Shown here: positions 38,971-48,148 of the stretch, one piece after another | Layout: each line of letters opens with the position of its first letter | How positions within the stretch are numbered: the first letter of the stretch is position 1 | Origin: Actinomycetota bacterium | GTDB taxonomy: Bacteria > Actinomycetota > UBA4738 > HRBIN12 | Reading direction: 5' to 3' | NCBI GenBank assembly: GCA_005884925.1 | Contig: VAYU01000031.1 | Span: 3,548 to 67,547 of the forward strand | Length of the DNA stretch: 64,000 nucleotides | Made by a program: the position numbers and the translations under genes | Notes under the pieces: generated by a model | Databases searched by the model: none | Told to the model about the DNA's origin: nothing | The model's input: the letters and a program-made list of their open reading frames with translations, nothing else

Positions 38971-39951
38971 TTACGCGGACCGATCCTCGATAGGAGGGTC
39001 ATCGCCGCTCTCGGGCGGATGACCGCCTGCGGCGGCGATCGGCGCCTCCGTGAGCTGGTCGCCGGCCTCGGCGTCCCTCCCCCCTCCTGTGCGTCGCCGA
39101 GCGGCGCCCGCCGCGCTCGCGCAGAGCGGATGGCAGTACTTGGACGTGCTGTGCGTGGGACTCGTTGCGCCCGATCCGTACCGCCACAGGAAGAGATGCG
39201 GGCGGGCGGGAGGCCCCGGGCAGCCCTCGAAGGAACACACCTTCAGCGAGCGCCGCTCATTCAACACGTTCGCGAACTGCATCCACAACGTGGAGAGCAG
39301 ATCGGAAGGGGGCCGGTACGCGATGCGGAACGCCCCGCCTTCCGAGACGAGGTACGGGTGCAGTGGAGGGAGCCAGTCGTTCACGAGACCCGCGAGCGTG
39401 TCGGCGATCCCGTCGGGCGTGAGTCGAACGTGCAACATCGCGGTGAAGCCGATCTGGCCGTCCGGCTTCGCCAGATCGCGGCTGACGAGCGTCATGGAGT
39501 TGCTGTCCCGCTCGAACTCACAGGACATGTTCATACGTGCCGCTCCTCCGAGGATCCCACGCACCCACCGCTCGTCGCGATGGTCGGCGCGGATCTGCTC
39601 GGGGTCGCGCGGACGACCCGCCGGGGAGCGGAGGACGTCGACGAGCTCGCCGATCGCCGCGTGGTCCTGGAGGAGGCCCAACAGTCCCACCGCGTAGTCC
39701 ATGAGGCCACTCAGCCGGATCCAATCCGCGAAGAGCTCCGAGTACATCGCCCCGGGTCGGACCGGGTGGTCGACGAGCAGTTCGGTCCACCCCTGCTTGC
39801 CCCGAGCGTCGGAACGTGCGGCCGCCCGGTCGATCCCCAAGCAGCCCCACTCCTCGACGAGCGCGGGAACATCCTCGCGTCTCCACAGCCCGCGGAAGCG
39901 CAGGAACTCTTGCCCATCCAAGCGGAGACGCCGACCCTCCCACGCTTCCAA
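38971..39951 (-). CDS. Hypothetical protein with C-terminal CGNR-like zinc finger
   Basis: LLSTLWMQFAN..KVCSFEGC...SKYCHPLC..ARRR; reading frame stays open upstream to about 40077, so the start is uncertain. Confidence 0.6.
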   Translation of the reverse strand: MEAWEGRRLRLDGQEFLRFRGLWRREDVPALVEEWGCLGIDRAAARSDARGKQGWTELLVDHPVRPGAMYSELFADWIRLSGLMDYAVGLLGLLQDHAAIGELVDVLRSPAGRPRDPEQIRADHRDERWVRGILGGAARMNMSCEFERDSNSMTLVSRDLAKPDGQIGFTAMLHVRLTPDGIADTLAGLVNDWLPPLHPYLVSEGGAFRIAYRPPSDLLSTLWMQFANVLNERRSLKVCSFEGCPGPPARPHLFLWRYGSGATSPTHSTSKYCHPLCASAAGAARRRTGGGRDAEAGDQLTEAPIAAAGGHPPESGDDPPIEDRSA

Positions 39952-40206
39952 CGGACGCGGTCGCGCGCGGTTGCCTTTGACCTCAGCTTCGACGAGATGC
40001 TTCTCCTGAGGAACGGGAAGGTAGGGATGAACGGGGGTGGCCCTTCGATGTCTGATGACGTGAGTGATGGCAGAAGGCTACGGAGGTCTTAGGGCCGTCG
40101 GTGTCGGGCGGCCGGGTGAACTTGCCATCCCCGAGCCGACCGAGGAGCGACACGTTCGGGCCGGTTCGGGGTCTCGTGGTCGGGGCGAACAGCTGCGGGG
40201 AGGGAA

Positions 40207-40231
40207 GAGCCCCCGCCGAAGGCGGGGGCTC
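40207..40231 (-). terminator. GC-rich hairpin after the TIGR03118 gene
   Basis: GAGCCCCCGCC-gaa-GGCGGGGGCTC, 11-bp perfect stem. Confidence 0.65.
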
Positions 40232-40254
40232 ATCCCCGGGCGACGCGGCCGCGT

Positions 40255-41334
40255 TCACGCGGCCGCGTCGATCACCCCGAACAAGCCGTGGCTCTCGTCG
40301 TCCGGACCCGCCGTGAAGAACAGCGAGTTGGTGGGTCCGGAAACGCCGCCGGTTCCGAACTCGAGGGCCCAGAGCCCGTCGATCGTGATCGGGACGCCGC
40401 CAGCACCGCGCAGCACGCCGGCACGTTCGAAGCCGCCGTTCGCGTCCGGCGCGTACGCGTTGATCCTGCCGTCGCCGAAGTTGCCGACGAGCAGATCGCC
40501 GCTGAAGCGCCCGAAGTCGGCCGGCGCCCATGCGAGCCCCCACGGTGCGTTCAACGCGTGCCGGCTGGCGACACGACCGAGGAACCGCCCCTCGGGGTCG
40601 AACATGTCCACGAATCCCAGCCCCGGCCCGGCTACCTCATCGGTCGACGTGGGATCCTGCTTCGCGTACGTGACGAAGATGTCCCCGTTGATCGCCTGGA
40701 TGCCGAACGGCCCGTATCCGGATGGCAGGTTCGGATCGACGAAGTCCTTCTTGTGGACCCGGTTGAAGGCGGAGTCGAAGACGTCGACGCGGCCGTTGAC
40801 GAAGTCCGTCGCGTACAGCAGGTCGCCTTGGGTGCCCGTCGCGATCGCGAGACCCTTGTAGACGGCTCCCGCGCCGTGACGGTTGACCACGTTGAACGAC
40901 ATCGTCGAGGGCGCCGGCGGCGGCACGCCGGGGTTCCAGCCGCGGATCGTGCCGAACTCCGTCGCGAACAGGAACCGCGAGGGGCCCGACGCGCCCTCGT
41001 GGCTCACGACGAACCCGAGGCCGCCGTTGAACACCGCGCCGGTCGGGGCGCCCGGGACCTTCACGACCAGCGGGATCGCTGCCCCGGTGCCGTCGTACAA
41101 GGTGGAGCGATCGGTCCCGTTGTCCGAGACCCACCACGGCGTGGTCGGACCGGCGGTCAGACCCCACGCGTTGACGAGGTTCGGATCCAGGTTCGCGGCC
41201 GCGCCCGGAACATCGGAGACGAGGTTCGTTACCTGATACCTGTTGGCACCGAGCGTGTCTGCATGACCCGCAGACGCGGTCGTCACCAACAAGCCCACCA
41301 CCATCGCGCAGAACAGCGAGACGACGCGCTTCAT
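40255..41334 (-). CDS. TIGR03118 family secreted protein
   Basis: Signal peptide; NLVSD, DPNLVNAWG, WVSDNGT, PTG.VFN, AVYKGLA, LNAPWG, LLVGNFGDG, IDGLWAL, FTAGP. Confidence 0.9.
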   Translation of the reverse strand: MKRVVSLFCAMVVGLLVTTASAGHADTLGANRYQVTNLVSDVPGAAANLDPNLVNAWGLTAGPTTPWWVSDNGTDRSTLYDGTGAAIPLVVKVPGAPTGAVFNGGLGFVVSHEGASGPSRFLFATEFGTIRGWNPGVPPPAPSTMSFNVVNRHGAGAVYKGLAIATGTQGDLLYATDFVNGRVDVFDSAFNRVHKKDFVDPNLPSGYGPFGIQAINGDIFVTYAKQDPTSTDEVAGPGLGFVDMFDPEGRFLGRVASRHALNAPWGLAWAPADFGRFSGDLLVGNFGDGRINAYAPDANGGFERAGVLRGAGGVPITIDGLWALEFGTGGVSGPTNSLFFTAGPDDESHGLFGVIDAAA

Positions 41335-41404
41335 CGCGATCCCTCCCCTGGCCGGCGCCTGGAGCCGGCGTCGTTCGGTACTACGGACCGCGGCCCGGGG
41401 CGGT

Positions 41405-42277
41405 TCAGGCGACCGACTTCGGATCGGAACGGGCAGCATCGCCGTCCTCGATCCGGCGAAACATGGACACCCGCAGCGTCGCGATCGCCGCAAGCGTCGC
41501 GACCAACCCCAGGAAGTAGACATACGTGAGGACGTTCGCGTGGTGGAAGTCGTGCCAGGAGCGCGCGACGGCGACCAGGAGGAGCACGAGACCGATCGCG
41601 ACCGTATCGAGGACCGCCGTGGCCGCGGACGCACGCCCGTCGGCGGCGATCGCGAGCCAGGCCACGGCCGGGAGCGCGACGAACGCCGCGATCGCCCTCG
41701 CCGTCAGCGTGGTGAGTCCCCACGGCCACACGGCGACCGTGCCCTCGGGGTCGAGGTACATCCACACCGCGATCGCACCGAGGACGGCTCCGGTGGCGAC
41801 CATCGCCCGTCGGATCATCGGCGCGAACATCGCGTCTCGAACCTCCAACGATCCCGGATCGTGGCTCCGGTTCATGAGCCACACGAAGGGTACGACCACG
41901 GGCGTGGCGAGGTAGACCCAGAGCCAGAGGTCGAAGGGGAAGGAGCCGTGGCGGAACCGGTTCCAGTGGAGGAACGTCGTTCCGAGCATCATCCACGTGA
42001 ACACCGTGATCGGCAGGAACCCGAGGCCCACCCGATGCCATCGGCGCTCCGTGAGGACGCGAACGAAGAAGTACAACGCCGAGCCGTACCCGGCGCCCAT
42101 GAGCATGGCCGTCATCGACGGGTGGATCGTCCATGCGAACCGCCGATCGGTCTGCCCGGGGAGCACGAACAGGACGATGAACGCGAAGACCAAGACCACG
42201 ATCACGGCGGCCGCGACGACGCGCGTGAAGGGAAGGATCCGGTCGTCCCGCACCTCGGTCGAGCTCACGGGCGTCAC
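41405..42277 (-). CDS. Polytopic membrane protein (internal duplication)
   Basis: About 8 TMs with repeated FAWTI.P.MTA / WPWGLTTLTAR motifs. Confidence 0.75.
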   Translation of the reverse strand: MTPVSSTEVRDDRILPFTRVVAAAVIVVLVFAFIVLFVLPGQTDRRFAWTIHPSMTAMLMGAGYGSALYFFVRVLTERRWHRVGLGFLPITVFTWMMLGTTFLHWNRFRHGSFPFDLWLWVYLATPVVVPFVWLMNRSHDPGSLEVRDAMFAPMIRRAMVATGAVLGAIAVWMYLDPEGTVAVWPWGLTTLTARAIAAFVALPAVAWLAIAADGRASAATAVLDTVAIGLVLLLVAVARSWHDFHHANVLTYVYFLGLVATLAAIATLRVSMFRRIEDGDAARSDPKSVA

Positions 42278-42300
42278 CGTAGCGCGCTTATCCTGGGTCC

Positions 42301-43437
42301 GTGACCACCTCCGTGCTCGTCCTCGGTGCCGGCTTCGGTGGGCTGGAACTCTCCACCCGACTATCCGAGGAGCTCGGTGCCGACGTCGACGTCACGTTGA
42401 TCGATCAGGCGGACGCGTTCGTGTTCGGCTTCTCGAAGCTGGACGTGATGTTCGGCAAGCGCGAGCCGGACGCCGTGCGCCTCCGCTATGAGGACATCAC
42501 GACACCGCACGTGCGGTTCCGGCAGGAGTCGATCACGTCGATCGACCCCGAGGCCCGACGCGTCGCGACGGATCTCGAGACCTACGAGGCCGACGTCCTG
42601 GTCGTGGCGCTAGGCGCTGACTACGACCTCGCCGCGACGCCCGGGCTCGCCGAGGCCGGGAACGAGTTCTACACCGTCGCGGGCGCCGAGGTCCTCCGGG
42701 ACAGGATCCCCTCGTTCCAGATCGGAACGGCGATCGTGGGAGTGTGCGGGGCACCGTTCAAATGCCCGCCGGCCCCAAGCGAGGCCGCGCTGCTGCTGGA
42801 CGAACACCTCCGCGGCCGCGGCGTCCGCGACGACGTCCGGATCCAGGTCGTGATCCCGTTCGGGACCCCGATCCCGCCGTCGCCCGACACGTCGGCCGCG
42901 ATCCTCGAGACGTTCGCTGAGCGCGGCATCGAGTTCGTGCCCGATCACCTGGTCGCGTCGCTCGACGCAGCGACGAACGAAGCCGTGCTCGACGACGGCA
43001 CCCGCCTCCCGTACGACCTGTTCCTCGGTATCCCCGTACACCGGGCACCGGCGGTAGTCGAGGCGTCCGGCATGACGGACGGCGGCTGGATCCCCGTCGA
43101 TCCGGGAACGCTCGCCACCCGATCCCCCGGCGTCTACGCGGTGGGCGACGTCACGAGCGTGGGAACGCCCAAGGCGGGGATGTTCGCCGAGGGCGCGGCC
43201 CGCGTGGTCGCGGATCGGCTGATCGCGCGGATCCACGGAGCGAGCGAACCGCCCGGGTACGACGGCAAGGGAGCGTGCTACATCGAGTTCGGCGGCGACG
43301 AGGTCGCGCGTGTCGACGTGGACTTCTTCTCGACTCCCGGACGCCCCACCGGCACGTTCGTCGCGCCGTCGATGGCCACGGCAGCGGAGAAGGCGGCGTT
43401 CGCGTCCACCCGACGCGCCCGCTGGTTCGGTGGCTGA
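42301..43437 (+). CDS. Sulfide:quinone oxidoreductase-like FAD flavoprotein
   Basis: LGAGFGG, KCPPAP.E, YAVGD, PKAG.FA, YDGKGACYIEFG. Confidence 0.8.
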   Translation: MTTSVLVLGAGFGGLELSTRLSEELGADVDVTLIDQADAFVFGFSKLDVMFGKREPDAVRLRYEDITTPHVRFRQESITSIDPEARRVATDLETYEADVLVVALGADYDLAATPGLAEAGNEFYTVAGAEVLRDRIPSFQIGTAIVGVCGAPFKCPPAPSEAALLLDEHLRGRGVRDDVRIQVVIPFGTPIPPSPDTSAAILETFAERGIEFVPDHLVASLDAATNEAVLDDGTRLPYDLFLGIPVHRAPAVVEASGMTDGGWIPVDPGTLATRSPGVYAVGDVTSVGTPKAGMFAEGAARVVADRLIARIHGASEPPGYDGKGACYIEFGGDEVARVDVDFFSTPGRPTGTFVAPSMATAAEKAAFASTRRARWFGG

Positions 43438-43439
43438 GC

Positions 43440-43628
43440 GTGCGAAGGATCGCGGTCGTCCTCGGCATCGGGTTGATCGCGGCCGGAGCCGTTTGGACCT
43501 TCCAAGGGTACGGAACGCTGAAGGGAAGCTTCATGACCGGCTCGCGCATGTGGCTGTGGATCGGGATCGCGTGCATCGTGGCCGGCCTGGTGGTGCTCGT
43601 CAGCACGTTCGTCGCTAACCGTCCGTGA
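43440..43628 (+). CDS. Small two-TM membrane protein
   Basis: GAVWTFQGYG.LKGSFMTG..W pattern between two TMs. Confidence 0.75.
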   Translation: MRRIAVVLGIGLIAAGAVWTFQGYGTLKGSFMTGSRMWLWIGIACIVAGLVVLVSTFVANRP

Positions 43629-43696
43629 GCTCCGCGTAGGCGCGGCCGTCACGGGGAAGGAACCTTCGAAGCATCCGAGCACGGAGGGAGGACGTC

Positions 43697-44122
43697 ATGA
43701 TCGATCTGGGAACGACGGCCTCGGTCACGATCCGCGCCCCGATCGAGGAGGTGTGGAAGGCGCTGACGACGCCGGAGCTGATCGAGCGGTGGTTCTTCGG
43801 CGTCGACACGGAGACGGACTGGCAGGTCGGGAGCCCGCTCGTGCACCGAGGCGAATGGCAGGGCAAGCCCTACGAGGACACGGGGACGATCCTGCGGTTC
43901 GAGCCGCCCTCGCTCCTCGTGCACAGCCATCGGAGCCCCGCTTCGGGCGTGCCGGATCGTCCCGAGCACTACCAGGAGGTCACCTGGTCGCTCTCGGAGC
44001 GTGACGGTGAGACCACCCTCACGGTTGCCGAGACCAACCTCCCATCGCAGGAAGCGAAGGCGATCTCCGAGCAGGCTTGGAAGGCGGCGCTCAGCAACCT
44101 CAAGGGACTGCTCGAGACGTAG
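43697..44122 (+). CDS. SRPBCC/AHSA1 family protein
   Basis: IRAPIEEVWKALTTPE, TDWQVGS, LSNLKGLLE; SD GGAGG. Confidence 0.88.
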   Translation: MIDLGTTASVTIRAPIEEVWKALTTPELIERWFFGVDTETDWQVGSPLVHRGEWQGKPYEDTGTILRFEPPSLLVHSHRSPASGVPDRPEHYQEVTWSLSERDGETTLTVAETNLPSQEAKAISEQAWKAALSNLKGLLET

Positions 44123-44139
44123 ACCGCCTCAAGCCCGCA

Positions 44140-44793
44140 TCAGGTTCCGCGAGCGAAGAGCTTGCTCAGACCGAGCCAGCGGCCCTTCGCGTCCGGCGCC
44201 GGCGCCCAGTCCGGGTTCCTGGCCTTCCGCAGCCGCTCGGAAAGATCCGCCAGGCGAGCGCGGTCGACGCGGTCCGCCGGGGCCACCTGCTCGCCGGCCG
44301 ACGCCAGCCGCCTCGTGAGCTCGTCGTCGATCTGGCGGGCGATCGTCGGGTACGTGTCGAGGATGCGGGACAGCGTCGCGGGAGCAAGGTGCAGGACGAA
44401 GACCTGACCGGTCGCCGTGATCGTGGCCGTCCTGGGGCCGCCATCGAGCACGGCCATCTCGCCGAAGTACGAGCCCGGCCCGATCGTGTCGACCTGGGTT
44501 CCCCCGACGGATACCGCCGCCGTCCCTTTCGTCAGGACGAAGAAGCCCTTCCCGGTCTCGCCTTCCTTCACCAACTCGCCGCCACGTTCGTACCCGACGC
44601 CGGAGGTGGAACGGAGCACGCTCATCAGCTCACGCCGGGACAGACCCGAGAACAGCGGGACCGCGTGCAGGGTCTCGAGATGCTCCGACCGGATCCACAG
44701 GAGCCCGAGCGCGCACGCGACGATGACCACCAAGAAGATGACGCCCGGTACGACCCAGGCGCTCACGGAACCAGCGCCGATCCACGGATCCAT
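44140..44793 (-). CDS. Membrane-anchored cyclic nucleotide-binding protein
   Basis: N-terminal TM; VPLFSGL, EGETG, GSYFGEMAVLDGGPRTAT phosphate-binding cassette; no HTH. Confidence 0.85.
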   Translation of the reverse strand: MDPWIGAGSVSAWVVPGVIFLVVIVACALGLLWIRSEHLETLHAVPLFSGLSRRELMSVLRSTSGVGYERGGELVKEGETGKGFFVLTKGTAAVSVGGTQVDTIGPGSYFGEMAVLDGGPRTATITATGQVFVLHLAPATLSRILDTYPTIARQIDDELTRRLASAGEQVAPADRVDRARLADLSERLRKARNPDWAPAPDAKGRWLGLSKLFARGT

Positions 44794-44863
44794 CGCGGTG
44801 CCCCCCAACCACGAAGGACGCTAGCTCCGTGCGCACCGACGTGTAAATGCCGCGAGCTTCGGA

Positions 44864-44877
44864 TGACAGAACTGTCA
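44864..44877. promoter_or_regulatory. Palindromic operator candidate
   Basis: TGACAG-aa-CTGTCA 22 nt upstream of ATG 44900. Confidence 0.45.
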
Positions 44878-44899
44878 CCATGTTCGTGAGGAGACCGTC

Positions 44900-45562
44900 A
44901 TGCTCGACGAGAGGGAGCTCGCGATGCTCGTGTCGCGGTGCCGCTCCGTGCCGCTCACCCAGAACGAGTACGTCGCGACGGACTTCGTCGTCGCGTTGCT
45001 GGAGACCGTCATGGACTACCAGAACGCGACGACGACGGTCCGGCGAGCGAGCACCCACTTCGAGGACAACCGGTGGGACGAGATCCGGACGCTCGACGAT
45101 CTGGAAGGCGTGCTCGCGCGGTTCCCCGCCGACCGGGACGGGAACGACGCCCTGGCGCAGTACCTGTGGGGGTACCACCACTGGCGACGCGCGCAGGAGC
45201 TCCGCGGTCTGGTCGCCTACTTCCGCGAACGGAACGTCACCGATCTGGGCGCACTCCGAGCCTGGGCGATCGCCTCAACCACCGACGATTTCGTGGGTCA
45301 CATCAAGGGCCTCGGGACCGCCGTGTACCACGGGCTCGTCATGCGCCTTGGTGTGGAGACCGTCAAGCCGGACGTCCACATCCTGCGGTTCGTCGCGGAT
45401 GCGATCGGCCGACCGGTGAACGAGCTCGAAACCGTCGAGGCGCTCGAGGAGGTCGCCGAGCGGCTCGATCTCAGCCCGCGCACGTTGGACTGGTCGCTCT
45501 GGGAATACCAACGAGCGCTGCCTGCGGCCCCGGGTTCGTGGACGGCCGGAACGTCCTTGTGA
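44900..45562 (+). CDS. HhH-GPD-like DNA glycosylase-fold protein
   Basis: IKGLGTA (HhH hairpin), VKPDVHILRFV, LDWSLWEY. Confidence 0.6.
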   Translation: MLDERELAMLVSRCRSVPLTQNEYVATDFVVALLETVMDYQNATTTVRRASTHFEDNRWDEIRTLDDLEGVLARFPADRDGNDALAQYLWGYHHWRRAQELRGLVAYFRERNVTDLGALRAWAIASTTDDFVGHIKGLGTAVYHGLVMRLGVETVKPDVHILRFVADAIGRPVNELETVEALEEVAERLDLSPRTLDWSLWEYQRALPAAPGSWTAGTSL

Positions 45563-45662
45563 TGGGCTGGAGGGACATGAATATGGCGGGGCCATCCTGC
45601 AAGACCGCGTAGCTCGGCTCGCGGCCCACCTCGAGGGGCTCGAAGAGGCGTTCGTCGAACGC

Positions 45663-46772
45663 TTGGGCGAGCTCGTCGCGGTGGACAGCGGGACGGGTTC
45701 GGTCGAGGGCGTGAACGCCGTCGTCGAACGCTGCGCCGGGTGGCTGGGCACCGACGGCTGGACCGTCGATCGGCACGCGGTCGAGGGGCCGAGCGGGCCG
45801 TTCGGCGACCTCGTCGTCGCGGAGTTGGACGGCGGAGCGCCGGGGACGGCGTTGCTGATCGGCCACACCGACACCGTCTTCCCCGACGGGACGGCTGCCG
45901 CCCGGCCCATGAGGCTCGACGGGGACCGCATCCTCGGCCCGGGGGTCTGCGACATGAAGGGGGGCTTGGTGACCGGGATCCTCGCCGCCGAGGCCCTCCG
46001 GTCGACGGGGACCGCCTTCGGCCGGGTCATCTTCGTGCTCAACCCGGATGAGGAGGTCGGCTCGCCCGCGTCGCGGCCGTTCATCGTGGAGCGAGCGCCG
46101 CAGGCGGACGCGGTGTTCGTCCTCGAGGCCGCGCGAGAGAACGGCGCGGTTGTCACGGCCCGCAAGGGCATCACGAACGCGCGCATGGAGTTCATCGGGC
46201 GCGCGGCTCACTCGGGCGTCGAGCCGCAGAAGGGCAGGAGCGCGGTGCTCGAAGCGGCGCACGCGACGATCGCCGTCCACGCGCTCAACGGGAGGTGGGA
46301 CGGCACCACCTTCAACGTCGGCGTGAGCCACGGCGGCACGCGGGTGAACGTCGTACCCGAGCACGCCACCTTGACGATCGAGATCCGTTCGACGAACGAG
46401 GCATCGCTGAAGGCCGGCGAGGAGGAGCTCGTCCGGCTCGCGGAACGGAACGTGGTGCCCGACGTGACGACGACGCTCGAGATGAGCCGCGAGCACGGTC
46501 CGATGGAGCGCAGCGACGGGACCGCAGAGCTGTTCGAGCGTGCGCGTTCGATCGCCGCCCACCTGGGTCTGACGCTGGAGGAGGCCGCGACCGGCGGCGC
46601 GTCCGACGCGAACACCACGGCCGCGATGGGGGTGCCCACGCTCGACGGGCTGGGACCCGTCGGCGGCGACGACCACTCCCCCGCCGAGTGGATCCAACGC
46701 TCGAGCGTGGTGCCCCGGACCGCGCTCCTGGCCGCGCTGATCGCCTCCGTGGGGGCGACTCAGCCGGAGTAG
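45663..46772 (+). CDS. M20 glutamate carboxypeptidase-like peptidase
   Basis: GHTDTVF, GPGVCDMKGG, PDEEVGS, RAAHSG, NVVP, GGASDAN, DHSPAEW; frame is open further upstream so true start may be near 45580. Confidence 0.88.
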   Translation: MGELVAVDSGTGSVEGVNAVVERCAGWLGTDGWTVDRHAVEGPSGPFGDLVVAELDGGAPGTALLIGHTDTVFPDGTAAARPMRLDGDRILGPGVCDMKGGLVTGILAAEALRSTGTAFGRVIFVLNPDEEVGSPASRPFIVERAPQADAVFVLEAARENGAVVTARKGITNARMEFIGRAAHSGVEPQKGRSAVLEAAHATIAVHALNGRWDGTTFNVGVSHGGTRVNVVPEHATLTIEIRSTNEASLKAGEEELVRLAERNVVPDVTTTLEMSREHGPMERSDGTAELFERARSIAAHLGLTLEEAATGGASDANTTAAMGVPTLDGLGPVGGDDHSPAEWIQRSSVVPRTALLAALIASVGATQPE

Positions 46773-47503
46773 AGGCCGAACGTCCCTCCTTGCGGGTCGG
46801 TGAACATCGCGATCTGGGTCTCCTCGTCCACCTTCATCGCCGGCATCACGACCGTGCCGCCGAGGCCGGCCGCACGCTCCAGGTACTTCGCCAGATCGTC
46901 GACCGCCACGTAGATGTCGATGCGCGGCTGACCGTCGGGCGAGCTGCCGATGCCGCCGCGCGCCCCGACGGATGTCCCAGTGTCGAACGAGCCGTGGACG
47001 GGGGCTCCGTCCCCACCCGACATGTCCCCTTCGATCGTCCATCCGAACAGCTCCCGGTAGAAGTCCCAGGCCTTCTCCGGCTCGGCGCAGCCGATCTCGA
47101 CCCAATCGATGGGCGGGTTGTCGCCCGCGGAGACCGGTGACCCGCTTCCGTCCCCCTGGATCAGGCCGATGTGGTTGCCCCACGGGTCGGCGAAGAGTGC
47201 GAACGTGACGATGTCAGTCATCTCGGTGACCGGCATCAGGGTTCGCGCGCCCAGGGATCCTGCCTTGTCCAGCAGCGCCTGGATGTCCGGCGCCTCCGCG
47301 TAGAAGATGGAGCGCACGGTCCCTTGTGCCTGAGGCTGCGGCTCGGTGATGCCTCCGTTCATGCCGCGTCCGGCATGCGCATCGATCGTGATGTACCCGC
47401 CCTCCATCGATTCGGTGTGCCAGCCGAACAGCTCCGAGTAGAACGCCGCCTTCTTCTCCGGGTCCGGACCGATCATCTCGAACCACGTGATCGGGTTGCC
47501 CAT
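46760..47503 (-). CDS. Two-domain VOC (glyoxalase-like) protein
   Basis: ITWFE...FYSELFGW...FADPWGN and WVEI...FYRELFGW...FTDPQG. Confidence 0.9.
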   Translation of the reverse strand: MGNPITWFEMIGPDPEKKAAFYSELFGWHTESMEGGYITIDAHAGRGMNGGITEPQPQAQGTVRSIFYAEAPDIQALLDKAGSLGARTLMPVTEMTDIVTFALFADPWGNHIGLIQGDGSGSPVSAGDNPPIDWVEIGCAEPEKAWDFYRELFGWTIEGDMSGGDGAPVHGSFDTGTSVGARGGIGSSPDGQPRIDIYVAVDDLAKYLERAAGLGGTVVMPAMKVDEETQIAMFTDPQGGTFGLYSG

Positions 47504-47719
47504 CGGGTCCTCCTCCAGATCGGGCCGGCCATCGGAGCGACCGAGCGCTGGATCTCAGAGTACGCCAGCCCTCCGACACGCGAGACGCGGTCGTCGCCCG
47601 CGTCACGATCCCTGCGTGCGGAGGATCATCGTCGATCGGTGACGCACGGCACGGACACGCTCGAACCCCCGGCATACCGTTCTCCTATCGAACGACGAAC
47701 GATCGGAAGGAGGATCGAG

Positions 47720-47950
47720 ATGAGCACCCAGGCGATCCCGGTTCAGATGGGACGGAGCTTCGGGTCATGGCGCTACGCGGTGATCGCCGCGATGGTCGCG
47801 ATCGCCCTAGCGGTCGCGCTCATCGTCGCGAACGCGGGCGGATCGAGCCCCGCCGGCGGATCCGGCCCCACCACGAACACCGGCCCGGCCAAGACCACCA
47901 CGATCCAGGTTGGCGGCGGACCGGCCCGGTTCCACCCGCTGCCGAACTGA
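47720..47950 (+). CDS. Small single-TM protein (76 aa)
   Basis: SD GGAGG; TM YAVIAAMVAIALAVALIVA; G/P/T-rich tail; followed by hairpin. Confidence 0.65.
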   Translation: MSTQAIPVQMGRSFGSWRYAVIAAMVAIALAVALIVANAGGSSPAGGSGPTTNTGPAKTTTIQVGGGPARFHPLPN

Positions 47951-47972
47951 ACCTCTTCCAGGCGTCGGGTCC

Positions 47973-48005
47973 AGATCGCCCGCCCTCCCGAGGGGCGGGC
48001 GATCT
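47973..48005 (+). terminator. Hairpin terminator candidate
   Basis: AGATCGCCCGCCC ... GGGCGGGCGATCT, 13-bp stem. Confidence 0.65.
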
Positions 48006-48148
48006 CACGTCCGTGGGCGGCCAGCCGCCCGGCCCTGCGAAACCTTCACCCACCGTTCGGAGCCTCCTCGCCCTGAAGCCGGCCCTCGGTGGTAAACCGA
48101 AGGGGTCACGGCGGCCCACGAGGGCCGCAGGCCAGGGAGGAGGAGCCC

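Noticed and set aside
47720-47950. Small TM protein as an Flp/type IV pilin
   Set aside because: Lacks the G-x4-E(Y) prepilin cleavage motif
48040-48140. Possible riboswitch upstream of the phosphoesterase
   Set aside because: Short stems are present but no c-di-GMP, c-di-AMP or other aptamer consensus is matched; CTGAAG-N17-ACCGAA is only a weak sigma-28-like match
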